In this document: positions 33,471-44,199 of the stretch, piece by piece | How positions within the stretch are numbered: position 1 is the stretch's first letter | How the letters are laid out: every line of letters starts with the position of its first letter | DNA from: Candidatus Latescibacterota bacterium | Lineage (GTDB): Bacteria > Latescibacterota > UBA2968 > UBA8231 | DNA length: 64,000 bases | NCBI GenBank assembly: GCA_965206595.1 | Contig: OZ242214.1 | Location: 4,064,001 to 4,128,000, forward strand | Direction of reading: 5' to 3' | Notes under the pieces: model-generated | Database searches by the model: none | Seen by the model: the letters and a program-made list of their open reading frames with translations, nothing else | Told to the model about the DNA's origin: nothing | Position numbers and translations under genes: made by a program

Positions 33471-34470
33471 TGTCCTGTCGTGTAATTAACTGTACAAACA
33501 ATTGAAGGTGCCGTAGGTTTCTCTTATCCCCTTTCTGAAAGGAGAGACCTATGGTGACGGGGCGTCCATTACCGCCGTTAGAGCTGAGTCCGTCGGACCG
33601 GGAACGATTGGAATCGATGGCCAAATCCCGGAGCCTTTCCCACGGGTTGGTGCGGCGAGCCGAGATTAGTCTGCTGGCCGCAGAAGGCGGGCCCAATGAA
33701 GCCGTCGCCGCCGCCGTGGGTGTGACGCGTGCTACGGTCGGCAAGTGGCGCCGGCGCTTTCTCGAAAACGGGCTCCAGGGCTTGCATATGGTTTGCAGCC
33801 CCATCGACACAAGCACTTCAAGCTTTCCACCGATCCTTTCTTTGTCGACAAAGTACGGGATATCGTCGGCTTATACCTGAATCCCCCCGAGCACGCCCTG
33901 GTGCTGTGCGTCGACGAGAAGAGCCGGATCCAGGCGTTGGAACGAAGTCAGCCCATGCTGCCCCTGGGACTGGGATACGTGGAAGGGGTACCGCACGACT
34001 ACAAGCGCCATGGCACCACCACCCTGTTCGCCGCACTGGACGTAGCCACCGGGGAAGTGATGACCCAGTGCAAGCCCCGTCATCGTCACCAGGAGTTCCT
34101 TCAGTTCCTGCGCCACATCGAGGCCCACGTCCCCGCTGACCTCGATATTCATCTCGTCGTCGACAACTACGCCACGCATAAGCATGCCAAGGTCAAGCGA
34201 TGGCTGGCACGGCGTCCCCGATTTCACGTTCACTACACCCCCCACCTATGCTTCGTGGCTCAATCAGGTGGAGATCTGGTTCAATATCCTTACCCGCCAG
34301 GCGGTTCGGCGCGATTCGTTCCGCAAGGTGTCGGAGCTCATCGAGCGGATCGAACGCTACACGGCAAATGGAACGCCAACGCACACCCTTTCGTGTGGAC
34401 GGCTACGGCCGATTCCATCCTCGCGAAAATCAAGAGACTTTGCGAACGAATCTCTGCGACACAACACTAG
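33467..34470 (+). mobile_element. Second IS630 copy in tandem, about 170-bp internal deletion and frameshifts
   Basis: Near-identical to the first copy; shares the CTAG junction at 33467; ends CACTAG. Confidence 0.93.
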
Positions 34471-34544
34471 GTCTGCTTACCCCCGGTCATAGAGCAAGCC
34501 CCCGGAATACAACGGACGCGAGAACAGGTGGTCCGCCCATTGCT

Positions 34545-35968
34545 GTGTGGCCGGCACCATGCCGGCCACACCTGCCCATCCCCCCGCGTACCGCCGCCGC
34601 GAACCGGAAAAGGAGCCCCTCTACCAGATCCTCGCCGGGCATCTGGAAGCCTTTCTCCAGCAAGCCGGAACGGCCGAGCACCGACTGCCGCTCCATGTCG
34701 AGAAAGAGATGCGGGCCTACCTCGAATGCGGCATTCTGGCTACCGCCTCGCCTACGACGGCGAGTGGGTCTCGAAGGTACTTGCGGTGTTTCTGCGCGTG
34801 GTGGGGCGCTGGTATCGACGTCAAGCGCAGGTCATGGGCCATGGTAATTCACGTTGGGGCTCGGTAACCTTCGTCCAAAGATTCGGTTCCTCCCTGAACC
34901 TCAATCCCCACGTACACGTGCTCATGCTCGACGGAGTCTACGTCGATGGGGAGGACGCTCCGGTTTTCGTTCCGGCCCCGCCGTTGTCCGACCAAGCCGT
35001 GCAGCAGATCGTGGAGACGAGTGCGCGCCGCATCATGCGCTTGTGCACGAAACGCGGCCTGCTCGACGACACCGCAGCCGATCCGCTCGCCGACGAGGAG
35101 CCCGTGCTGGCGGCTCTCACCGCGGCTTCGGTGCGAGGGCTCACCGCCACCGGGGCACGCGCCGGCCAACGCCTGCGCCGGGTCCTGAAAGATGCGGCCA
35201 CCGGGGTGCGTACGGCGCCCTTGTGCTTTGCTTCGCGCGGCTTTTGGCTGCCTGCGGCAACGCGGATCGCAGGTCCTGGCGGCGGGGCGTCTGCGCATTC
35301 TCGATGCCGACCCTCTTTCCTTCGCGCTCAAAACGCCGTGGTCGGATGGGACCCGCCATCTCCTGCTGTCTCCGATGGAACTGCTGGAGAAGCTGGCGGC
35401 TCTGGTCCCCCCGCCCCGGTTTCATCTCCTACGCTACCACGGGGTCCTGGCGCCCCGGGCCCGGGCCCGCGACCGCATCGTGCCGGCCAAGCCGGTTGCC
35501 GAGCCGTCGGCGGCGGACGGCTCGGCGAGCGCTGCGTCCTGCGGCCATCGGCTGCGCTGGGCGACCCTGCTGGCGCGGGTGTTTTCCTCCGACCTCAGCG
35601 AATGCGCGGCATGCGGCGGTGGCCTGAGAATCATCGCCGCCCTGACCGATCCGGCCTCGATCCGGACCTATCTGGGGGGTAGGGCTGCCGGCGATGCCCC
35701 CGCCGAGGGCCCCGCCTGAGCCGCTGTTCGAGTTCGCCGCCGGCCCTGCCTTCTCGACCCGTCGCCGTCGCCGGGCGTACGGCTGGGTGTGCCCTCAACG
35801 GTCCCTCAGGCCCCGGATTGATCCGGATACGGGCCTACAGGCAACCAGACCGGACTGCGAGCTCGGTCGAAGGATTGGCAAACGATCCTCTCAGGGAGCT
35901 GCCGGACCCTTGCGGTGCGCTCAGCGCCTTGACCGAGAGTCAAAAAAGGTGCCTCATTTTTCCTATAC
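34545..35968 (+). mobile_element. Longest IS91/ISCR-family copy (copy 7): HUH transposase pseudogene, type-A tail, oriIS-like end
   Basis: YRRREPEKEPLYQIL...YLECGILA; VQRFGSSLNLNPHVHVLMLDGVY (HUH); zinc-binding region and RYVARP segment deleted; ends CCTCATTTTTCCTATAC. Confidence 0.92.
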
Positions 35969-36179
35969 TTTGGAAGGCAGGGGCCAGCGCTTCACCAGTG
36001 CCGAGGAGTTGCGCCGAGACCTCGGCTTCTGATATGCTAACCGCTGTCCGCCCCCTCGCAGTTCAAGCGCGATGTGCGGAGGGCCAAGGTCCGGGGCAAG
36101 GATCTGAAGCGGCGAGATGGCAGCGCCAGCGAAGCCGCAGCATCAGCCCCCTTCTCCCACTCACGAATAGGAGCGCGCC

Positions 36180-37208
36180 ATGCATGCTCAGAGACCGAAC
36201 CTCTTCGATTACGCGACTTCAGAACTCTCGCAAGATGCCTTCCTTTGTTGGCTGCTCAAATGGGCTGATCCGACTTGTCGAGAATTCAGCGAAGCCTTGC
36301 ACGAAGCCGGAGTGGACTTGATCCGCCTTCTTTCCGCTGGGGAAGAGGGGTATTCAGAAAAGATCAATACCGTATGCGTGGAAAAACAGGTTGACCACAT
36401 TGACGTTCTATGTGTGCTCAACGAGCAGGAAGAGACTAAAGCTGCTATCCTGATTGAGGACAAGAAGGGTACTCAGGAACATTCGGACCAGCTGCAGAGA
36501 TACAAGGAACTGCTAAGTAAGGGCTTTCCGCAAGACAGGATTATTGCCGTCTATGTTCAAACTGACGATCAAAGCGATTACGGTAATGTGCGCAGCCATG
36601 GATATGATGTTGTCAGTCGACCTGATCTCCTGGCAGTCCTCGAGAAGTGCAGAGAAGCCCGAAGCCAGAGCGACATCCTTGACGGATTCGTGCGCCACCT
36701 ACGATCCATAGAGGATGAGGTGCAGAGTTGGCAATCCAAGCATCCCACAGATTGGTCATGGAGTGCCTGGAAAGGCTTCTTCATGGAATTGCAGGGAACC
36801 TCCGTAAAGGGAGACTGGGACTACATTCCAAACGAGAGCGGTGGCTTCCTGTGCTACTGGTATGCTGCTCGGGAAACTGATGAGACTTGGATGCACATCG
36901 ACCATGCGAAGCGTACTCTGTGCTTTCGCTTGGCTATGTCAGAGGCAGACACAGACCAAAGGTATGCACTGAGAGATCAGTGGAGTGGCTGCATCATTGA
37001 TCGATGCAAGGAGCTGAACATTCCTGCGAGAAAACCTCAGCGCTTTGGACGTATATCCGCTGGTAGCTTGACCGTTGCAGAGATTGATCGTGAAGCTTGG
37101 CTAAGGGTGCAGGACGGCCTTGTAGACCTTGACGCTACGGTGGCCACCATGGAGAAGTGCCTGGAGGTTGTCCGGCACTGTATAGAAAGCGACAGGGAAC
37201 GAAATTGA
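36180..37208 (+). CDS. PD-(D/E)XK-superfamily nuclease
   Basis: PNLFDYATSELSQDAFLCWLL, HIDVL...ILIEDKK..EHSDQLQRY; AGGAG RBS; low GC. Confidence 0.85.
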   Translation: MHAQRPNLFDYATSELSQDAFLCWLLKWADPTCREFSEALHEAGVDLIRLLSAGEEGYSEKINTVCVEKQVDHIDVLCVLNEQEETKAAILIEDKKGTQEHSDQLQRYKELLSKGFPQDRIIAVYVQTDDQSDYGNVRSHGYDVVSRPDLLAVLEKCREARSQSDILDGFVRHLRSIEDEVQSWQSKHPTDWSWSAWKGFFMELQGTSVKGDWDYIPNESGGFLCYWYAARETDETWMHIDHAKRTLCFRLAMSEADTDQRYALRDQWSGCIIDRCKELNIPARKPQRFGRISAGSLTVAEIDREAWLRVQDGLVDLDATVATMEKCLEVVRHCIESDRERN

Positions 37209-37229
37209 TATCCCCCATCAGCCGAGGTC

Positions 37230-38383
37230 CTGTCAAGGGGTCCGCCGCTGCCGCTCCCGCGTCGGGCGGGCGGGCGGGCGGGACGTTGAGGAAGCGGTCG
37301 AGGTAGACGCGCATCGCCCCGTGGTAGACGCCGCGCAGCATCTCCGGCGACTCGGCCCTCTTCAGCATCTGATGGAGGGCGTTGGCGTACGAGAAGGTGT
37401 GGAGCACCGCGATCCAGTCGGAGAACTCGTTGTTCACGTGGAAGCGGACGATGCGCAGCGCCGCGGCCATCGTGATCGCCTCCGCCAGTAGCACGGGGCG
37501 CGCGCCTCTCCTCAGGGCCTCGTTCAGCCCCTCCACGATCGCGTGGGGATCGTCCTGCAGGAGCGCGTCGGTGAACTCGCCGCTGCCCTTCCACTCCCTC
37601 CCCCCATCTCCGCCAGGTCGGCCGGGCTCGAAGGGCCCTCGATGGCGGCCAGCAGGGTGCGTTCCGCCCCGTCGCCGTTGCGCACCTCGATCAGGTAGCG
37701 GAACCACCGTCTCAGCGCGTCGTGCGGGATCGCCCTGCTCTCGAGGGGCCGGAGCGGGACCCGCGGCGGCTGGCCGCTGGTGTTCGTCGCTACGTGGAGG
37801 ACCCCCTGGTACAGGGGGCGATGCGCTCGTCGCCTTGGAGGTGGTCGGTCACGTTGGCCATGGCCGAGAGGATCGTCATGCCGTCGGCCCAACCCGAGCG
37901 CCGCCGGCGCACTCCGTAGAGGCCGCTGGCCCGCACGACGTCATCCGGGTCCGCCCCGGCGCGCAGGAGTGACACCACGGCCTTGGCCATCACCAGCCGG
38001 ATGTTCTGGTCCATGCCCTCCTCGAGGCGGCGCAGGCCGCGCTCGACCGGGTCGCGAGGGGGCGCGGAGAGGTCGATGTACACGCGCCCGTCCTTGACTT
38101 CCACCGGGTAGACGGTGGCGTCGTCGGCAAAGAGATCGAAGGTGCAGCCGCTGTTGAGGTCGAACCGGGCGTGGTGCCAGTGACAGGTCAGGATGCCGTC
38201 CTCCACGGTCCCGCGATGCAGGGGAAACCCCATGTGCGGACAGCGGTTGTCCACGGCGTGGAGGTTTCCCTCCGAGTAGAACACGACGATCGGTACGGGT
38301 CCACCGGAAACCACGGTTCTCCCCTTGAGCCTGATCTCCTCCAGGGTCCCCGCGTCCAGCAGTCTCGACTCTGATCTGTCCAT
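37230..38383 (-). pseudogene. Rieske [2Fe-2S] domain protein with helical C-terminus, frameshifted and deleted
   Basis: NRCPHMGFPL...LTCHWHHARFDL; later AALRIVRFHVNNEFSDWIAVLHTFSYANA in other frames. Confidence 0.82.
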
Positions 38384-38435
38384 GACTTTCTCCTTTCGGA
38401 TGGCGGCTCTCCATGAGCCGTGGACCGAATCTGCA

Positions 38436-38458
38436 ACTTCAAGTATACTTGAAGTCAA
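38436..38458. promoter_or_regulatory. SoxR operator within a MerR-type promoter for the Rieske gene
   Basis: Perfect palindrome ACTTCAAGTATACTTGAAGT resembling the sox box CCTCAAGTTAACTTGAGG; minus-strand TTGACT-19 bp-CAGATT. Confidence 0.85.
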
Positions 38459-38469
38459 GGAGAATCTTC

Positions 38470-38937
38470 ATGGCCGAGCTTCCGGAGTCCCTGACCATCG
38501 GTGAGGTAGCGGCGCGCAGCGGGGTCGCCACCTCCGCCCTGCGCTTCTACGAGGAGGAGGGCCTGATCTCCTCGGAACGGACCCGCGGCAACCAGCGGCG
38601 GTATCCACGGGCGGTCTTGCGCCGCGTCGCCGTCATCCGGGCCGCCCAGAGGGTCGGCGTATCTCTACGGGAGATCCGCTCGGCCCTGGACGGCCTTCCC
38701 AGCGGGCGCACGCCCAACAAGGCGGAGTGGGCAAGGCTGTCGCGGGGCTGGAGGGATCAGCTCGAGGAGCGGATCGAGACGCTGGAGAGGTTGAAGCAGA
38801 GCCTGACCGGCTGCATCGGCTGCGGCTGCCTGTCCCTGCGGTCGTGCTCGCTCTTCAACCGGGAGGACCAGATGGCATCCCGGGTCGACGGCAGTTCCCT
38901 GATGGGGAAACCCGCGAGGCGCCCGTCCTCCGGGTAA
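38470..38937 (+). CDS. soxR: Redox-sensing transcriptional activator SoxR
   Basis: LTIGEVAARSGVATSALRFYE, GNQRRY, GCIGCGCLSLRSC cluster motif. Confidence 0.96.
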   Translation: MAELPESLTIGEVAARSGVATSALRFYEEEGLISSERTRGNQRRYPRAVLRRVAVIRAAQRVGVSLREIRSALDGLPSGRTPNKAEWARLSRGWRDQLEERIETLERLKQSLTGCIGCGCLSLRSCSLFNREDQMASRVDGSSLMGKPARRPSSG

Positions 38938-39315
38938 TGGCGACGCGTATCCCTATTCCTTGCCCGCCACGCCGACCTGCACGATGCGAGTCCCCTCCAC
39001 GCCCGCGACGCCCACGTATTTGAAGGGCCTGGCGTCGAGCTCGCGCCGAACGGTCGGCCACCTCGGCGAGGATGGCGTTGATTTCGGCCTGGCTCATGCC
39101 GGCCTTGAGGGCCGCGGCGATGAAGTGCGCCGTCAGCATCGCTTCTGCGACCATGTGCCCGGAGACAGCATCGTCCATCGAGCCGGCCTTCTTCACGCCG
39201 CCGCTGGCGCTCAAGGTGAGGCACAGTCCAAGAGCTTCCAGACCTCTGAACTACATAGATCGAATGTCAATGACAGGTGTTTGAAATCGTTCATCACTCA
39301 GGCCCCCTTCCCATC

Positions 39316-39594
39316 TCACAATCTGTATGCGTCATGGGGACCAACAGCGATTGCTTTTCCAACTCCTTGCCCGAGATCTTGAAAAATGAATCTGTGCTTG
39401 TCATCCAGTCTTACAGAATGAAGCGGGGGCTGATTCTTTCGCTGCCCACTCAATTTCTCAAGCTTCCGGCCTGGTGATAATTCTCCCCTTTCAAATTCAT
39501 CGAAGAGATCAATCAACTCTTTCTTCACCTTGGGATGTAACCTGCGAGCAGCCTTGCGAAATCTGTTGGTTCCATCGAAACTATGAATCCGCAT
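39316..39594 (-). CDS. RelE/HigB-like toxin
   Basis: TNRFRKAARRL...LEKLSG...HSVRLDDKHRFIF...AVGPHDAY; 92 aa, basic. Confidence 0.72.
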   Translation of the reverse strand: MRIHSFDGTNRFRKAARRLHPKVKKELIDLFDEFERGELSPGRKLEKLSGQRKNQPPLHSVRLDDKHRFIFQDLGQGVGKAIAVGPHDAYRL

Positions 39595-40078
39595 CACTGT
39601 CGTCTCGCAAGAACTTTATGAGATCATCTCTGCCCCTTATCGTTCCGGCAACCTCAGAAGCTTGGCCGTCATGGATCAGAATTGTCCATCGAGCTTCTTC
39701 AAGTATGATCGCAAGTCTTCTGTAGAGATCATCTAACTGATCCAGTTCCCCAATCCGTTCTTTGTAGCCTTTGCGAACTAAGTCAGACCGTAGATGTCGT
39801 AGTTCGACACGTTGCGCGTCAAAGTACTCCTCAGCCTTCTCCAGAATAGGAACCGCAATGTCATCAGGATCAATCTCGTCATCCTCCGGGTAGTCCTTGG
39901 CAAGCTCGGCAAATCGTCTGTGGAACTCCTCGACCAAAGGGGCCAGCCCCTCACGGAGCGCTTTATATCTCTCTAGGTCCACATCGGCCCTCAACGGCTC
40001 AGAGAGCCAAACCATCGTGCCAGTGACGTTCCGAATCGTCTCACCGGCTCCTGCTGGCGGCTGGACAAGTGTGCTCAT
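39581..40078 (-). CDS. Acidic helical protein, putative antitoxin
   Basis: 165 aa overlapping the toxin start; GGAG RBS; no recognised family. Confidence 0.6.
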   Translation of the reverse strand: MSTLVQPPAGAGETIRNVTGTMVWLSEPLRADVDLERYKALREGLAPLVEEFHRRFAELAKDYPEDDEIDPDDIAVPILEKAEEYFDAQRVELRHLRSDLVRKGYKERIGELDQLDDLYRRLAIILEEARWTILIHDGQASEVAGTIRGRDDLIKFLRDDSDADS

Positions 40079-40482
40079 GCCTATTCTCCGTGGTTTCTTC
40101 CCTAGTCCTTCTCAGCCTTCTTTCGCTTGCTTCTCACGCCGTTCCACCACGATCTGGTTACTCGTCTTCGGTGGAGAGTTGAGCAGGTTTCCTGGCGACC
40201 TTCTGCGCTGCGTCGTGAACGCTGTCGGGGATGGCCGGGTGTCGCTTCGGGCCGGGCTTAGGCATTAGTCGTTGAGCTTTCTTGCATTCCCTGCGATGAG
40301 GAACCAGTGGTGGTGAAGGGATGTACAGTATCCGGTGACTCCGGTAGAGTCAAACTCGCCCAGCCGTATAGAAAGATGGCTGGGGGGACGCCAACCGTTC
40401 AGATGTGCACTTACCCCGCACGCTGGCAGATGTGTGCTGAGTTGAGGATATAATTCCCTTCTTCATCTCGTTCTCCTCGTGG

Positions 40483-40950
40483 TCATGAGCCCGGGCGGTA
40501 CTCCAGCTCCACCCGGTTCTCGGGGCCCCGGAGGCCCATGGTGTTGACCGCCCGCGCCCGCAGGCGGTTGCGGCCCGGGTGCAGCTCCCACTCGAAGGAG
40601 GCGCCGCTCTCCTCCCACTCCCCCCGGTCCAGGCTGACCTCGAAAGCGGTCCAGGTGGGGGATGGGGCTGGTAGAGCTGGGTGAACAGCCCATGGAGCTG
40701 CTCGGCGGGAACGGGCGGCGGCGGCACGAAATCGATGTTCCCCATCCGGCCGGCGGCGGCGAGGCGGTGCATCTCGAGGGCGTTGATGGGGGCGCCGGCC
40801 TCCTCGTACTGGAAGGCGACCTCGTGGCCGGGCAGGAGCCCCGGGTCCTGGAGGATCCACTTGCCGTGCTCGTCGGACCAGATCTCGGCCAGGCAGTGGT
40901 GGTCGACGATGAGGGCGCGGGCGTGGTAGCCGAGAGCGGCGGCGCACTGG
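40483..40950 (-). pseudogene. C-terminal fragment of a transglutaminase-like protein
   Basis: CAAALGYHARALIVDHHCLAEIWSDEHGKWILQDP...GRNRLRARAVN; 5' part replaced by IS91 copy 8. Confidence 0.65.
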
Positions 40951-40951
40951 C

Positions 40952-42847
40952 GCCCCGCCGTTGTCGGACCAAGCCGTGCAGCAGATCGTGGAGACGAGTG
41001 CGCGCCGCATCATCCGCTTGTGCACGAAACGCGGCCTGCTCGACGACACCGCAGCCGATCCGCTCGCCGACGAGGAGCCCGTGTTGGCGGCTCTCACCGC
41101 GGCTTCGGTGCGAGGGCTCACCGCCACCGGGGCAGGCGCCGGCCAACGCCTGCGCCGGGTCCTGAAAGATGCGGCCACCGGGGTGCGTACGGCGCCCTTG
41201 TGTTTTGCTTCGCGCGGCTTTTGGCTGCATGCGGCAACGCGGATCGCAGGCCCTGACCTGCGGGGAACCTATCTCAAAATTGAAATTGTTTAAGCAAAAT
41301 CAAAATGGATGCAAGTTGGACGAAGCCAAGAAAATTCTCCGGATACAATTCCCAGCGAGTGATCACTCGACGCTGCCATTGAAGCCAAGCAAAGAATCTC
41401 TCAACCATCCAAGGCCGCACATAACGCCGCAATCGCCGTCCATCCTGAGTCTTTTGCTTGCTCCGATTCTGGCGATGCGGGGCGATCATCTCGATCCCGT
41501 CTTTCTTAAGCTCTTCATCCAACGAATCGCTGTCGTACGCTTTATCGCCGATCAAGTTGTCAGGTTGGTCTTCGATGAGGTAAAAGTCAAAGGTCAACTG
41601 AACCAGCGTCACTTCATGATGGTTCGCTGCATGCGTGCTCACCGACAAGGGAAGCCCATTGCCGTCCACGATCCCCATGACCCGCACCCCCTTACCTCGC
41701 TTGGTGTGGCCGATATCGGCACCTCCACCCTTGGCCGCCGAGAACATGCCGTCGATGAAAGCCTCCGATTCGTCCAGGCCCCCTTGCTCGTGAAGGGTCT
41801 GGGCCAAGTCCATGAGAACTTCGCGTACCACCCCTTGACGACACCCGTTTTGAAAACGGCGATGCACGGTTTTGTAGTTCGGATAGCACTGCGGCAACAT
41901 AGGCCATTGAGCCCCGGTGTTTAGAATCCAAAGGACGGCTTCAAAAACATCACGCGTGCAAACCGGTTTGCGACCCGGATAGCTCTTGGGACGAAGTTCT
42001 TCAGGAAAGTGATGGCGGATTCGTTGCCATTGCATGTCGGTCAGATTGACCATACACCAATGGTACATCACTGTCATTTCGGGAACAAGTTTAAGTTTGC
42101 CTATTTTGAGATAGGTTCGGGTCTCGAACGCTTGTGCCGCTACGTGGCCCGGCCGCCCTGGCGGGAGGGCGTCTGCGCATTCTCGATGCCGACCATCTTT
42201 CCTTGGCGCTCAAAACGCCGTGGTCGGATGGGACCCGCCATCTCCTGCTGTCTCCGATGGAACTGCCGGAGAAGCTGACGGCTCTGGTCCCCCCGCCCCG
42301 GTTTCATCTCCTGCGCTACCACGGGGTCCTGGCGCCCCGGGCCCGGGCCCGCGACCGCATCGTGTCGGCCCAACCGGTTGCCGAGCCGTCGGCGGCGGCC
42401 GGCTCGGCGAGCGCTGCGTCCTGCGGCCATCGACTGCGGTGGGCGACCCTGCTGGCGCGGGTGTTTTCCTCCGACCTCAGCGAATGCGCGGCATGCGGCG
42501 GTGGCCTGAGAATCATCGCCGCCTTGACCGATCCGGCTTCGATCCGGACCTGTCTGGAGGGGGTAGGGCTGCCGGCGATGCCCCCGCCGAGGGCCCCGCC
42601 TGAGCCGCTTTTTGAGTTCGCCGCCTGATCCTGCCTTCTCGACCCGTCGCCGGGCGTACGGCGGGGTGTGCCCTCAACGGTCCCTCAGGCCCCGGATTGA
42701 TCCGGATACGGGCCTACAGGCAACCAGACCGGACTGCGAGCTCGGTCGAAGGACTGGCAAAACGATCCTCAGGGGAGTTGCCAGACCCTTGCGGTGCGCT
42801 CAGCGCCTTGACCGAGAGTCAAAAAAGGTGCCTCATTTTTCCTATAC
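40952..42847 (+). mobile_element. IS91/ISCR 3' portion (copy 8) interrupted by IS5; type-A tail and oriIS-like end
   Basis: SDQAVQQIVETSARR...IAGPDLRG|IS5|LERLCRYVAR...EPLFEFAA; ends CCTCATTTTTCCTATAC. Confidence 0.92.
41265..42118 (-). mobile_element. IS5-family element, single-ORF transposase ending at 41274
   Basis: Perfect 16-bp IR GAACCTATCTCAAAAT; G-run duplication of about 2 bp; LTDMQW, WILNTGAQW, IGDKAYDSD, WMVERFFAWL. Confidence 0.94.
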
Positions 42848-43936
42848 TTTCGGCTTGGCCAAGTAAGGGTTCGAATAGAAAACTGCTTTCGACCTATCTA
42901 AGGTGCCAGGGTGAATGCCATAAAATGCCACGACGCCTATCACATGTTGCCTGGTTGGACCACCAGGGTTAAACCAAAAGCCGTTCAGTTTTTGGCTATA
43001 GTAGGGTTCTGGTAGTGGCGTCGTGTTGGCTGGGTCGGGATGAACGTGGAAAGTATACTGCTGGCTTCCGAATAACACTTCATCTAGCCTGTTATTTGAG
43101 ATATCACAACGCAACGCGACGATTAAGTTATCTACATTCTTGTACCGCTTCGCCTTACGTTCAAGGCGATCTTTCGTTTTGCCGATGTCGTTTACGTAGT
43201 CGGCTCCCATCGAGACGCTGCCCACAAAATTCATAGTCTTTCCGCGATGCTCAGGTGACACTGGCAAAAGATAACCAGCCATAATCCAGCTACCATGTGA
43301 AAATGAAGCGCAGGGCAAATGCTCAAGTTTAAAACCCTGGTTTCCTTGTGAAATACGGAGGACTTCCTCATATTTAGTTTCTCACAGCAGCTTCTCGAAT
43401 TTCTGTCGTATTTGCGCTTTGCGCGGACTGGATTCTAACTTCCCTTCCATTCTGATGTGTAGATGAAAGTCGGGGGAGCTAATTTCAGCTAGCGTGTCAA
43501 GTACCGTAAGCTCGTTCCAGTTTTTTTCTAACTTTGTGCCTCGCTCCAAATCGATGTCTGTCGCCTCTACTACATAGGTCAACTGGCTAGCATCTGCCAA
43601 TTCTTCAGTCACTTCAAAATCTAGTGTTAGCTCATCGATCATAGGCTCTACCTTGACTTCCCCCCTTGTACCGAGCAGGAATTCGTGCAGAAACAACTCG
43701 AAGAAGGCTGCGTTGAATTGAATTTCGTCCTGTTGGGTTCCCGTTGGGTCGCGACGCATTCTGGCGACAGTGTCTCGCCGTTGTTTTTCGGGGAGTCGCT
43801 CCACCCATCGTTCCAGCATACCCCGAACTCTTACGAACTCAGGTTTCGAGGTCCGATCCAGAAATGAATAAGTCGTTTCAGCTCGATGGGCTGGCCTAGT
43901 GTAGTTTCTAGGTTTTTCGTCAAATAACCGGGGCAT
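42842..43936 (-). pseudogene. Low-GC putative PD-(D/E)XK-like protein; single in-frame TGA at 43382, 3' end cut by the oriIS end
   Basis: ORFs 43382..43936 and 42842..43318 share a frame, with an open linker (ETKYEEVLRISQGNQGFKLEHL); AFFELFLHE...TLDFEV...YVVEA. Confidence 0.65.
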
Positions 43937-44199
43937 CCGACTTCTCCAAGCTTAAAGGTCGATCGAAATCCATTGCCAAAATTACAAACGCCGTACAGTG
44001 TACCGGCTTACAGAGCCCACTCGGTCAAGCCATCGAGCTAGTCCGGCCGTGGTGGGCCTGAGCGTACCGACCTGCGAACTTTTCGGCGCGAGATACTCCG
44101 ATGAGAAGTCGGTCAACTACTTCGTCCTGTATCTTCCCCCGCAGCGACGCATGTGCTTCGTCAAGGGCTACCCAGCAGAGAATGCCAAGTGTGTCAATT

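Noticed and set aside
38855-39214. Minus-strand Ala-rich ORF next to soxR
   Set aside because: Overlaps soxR with no clear start or family; probably a fragment
43382-43384. In-frame TGA as selenocysteine or alternative genetic code
   Set aside because: No redox motif or evident SECIS; TGA is a normal stop in many genes here
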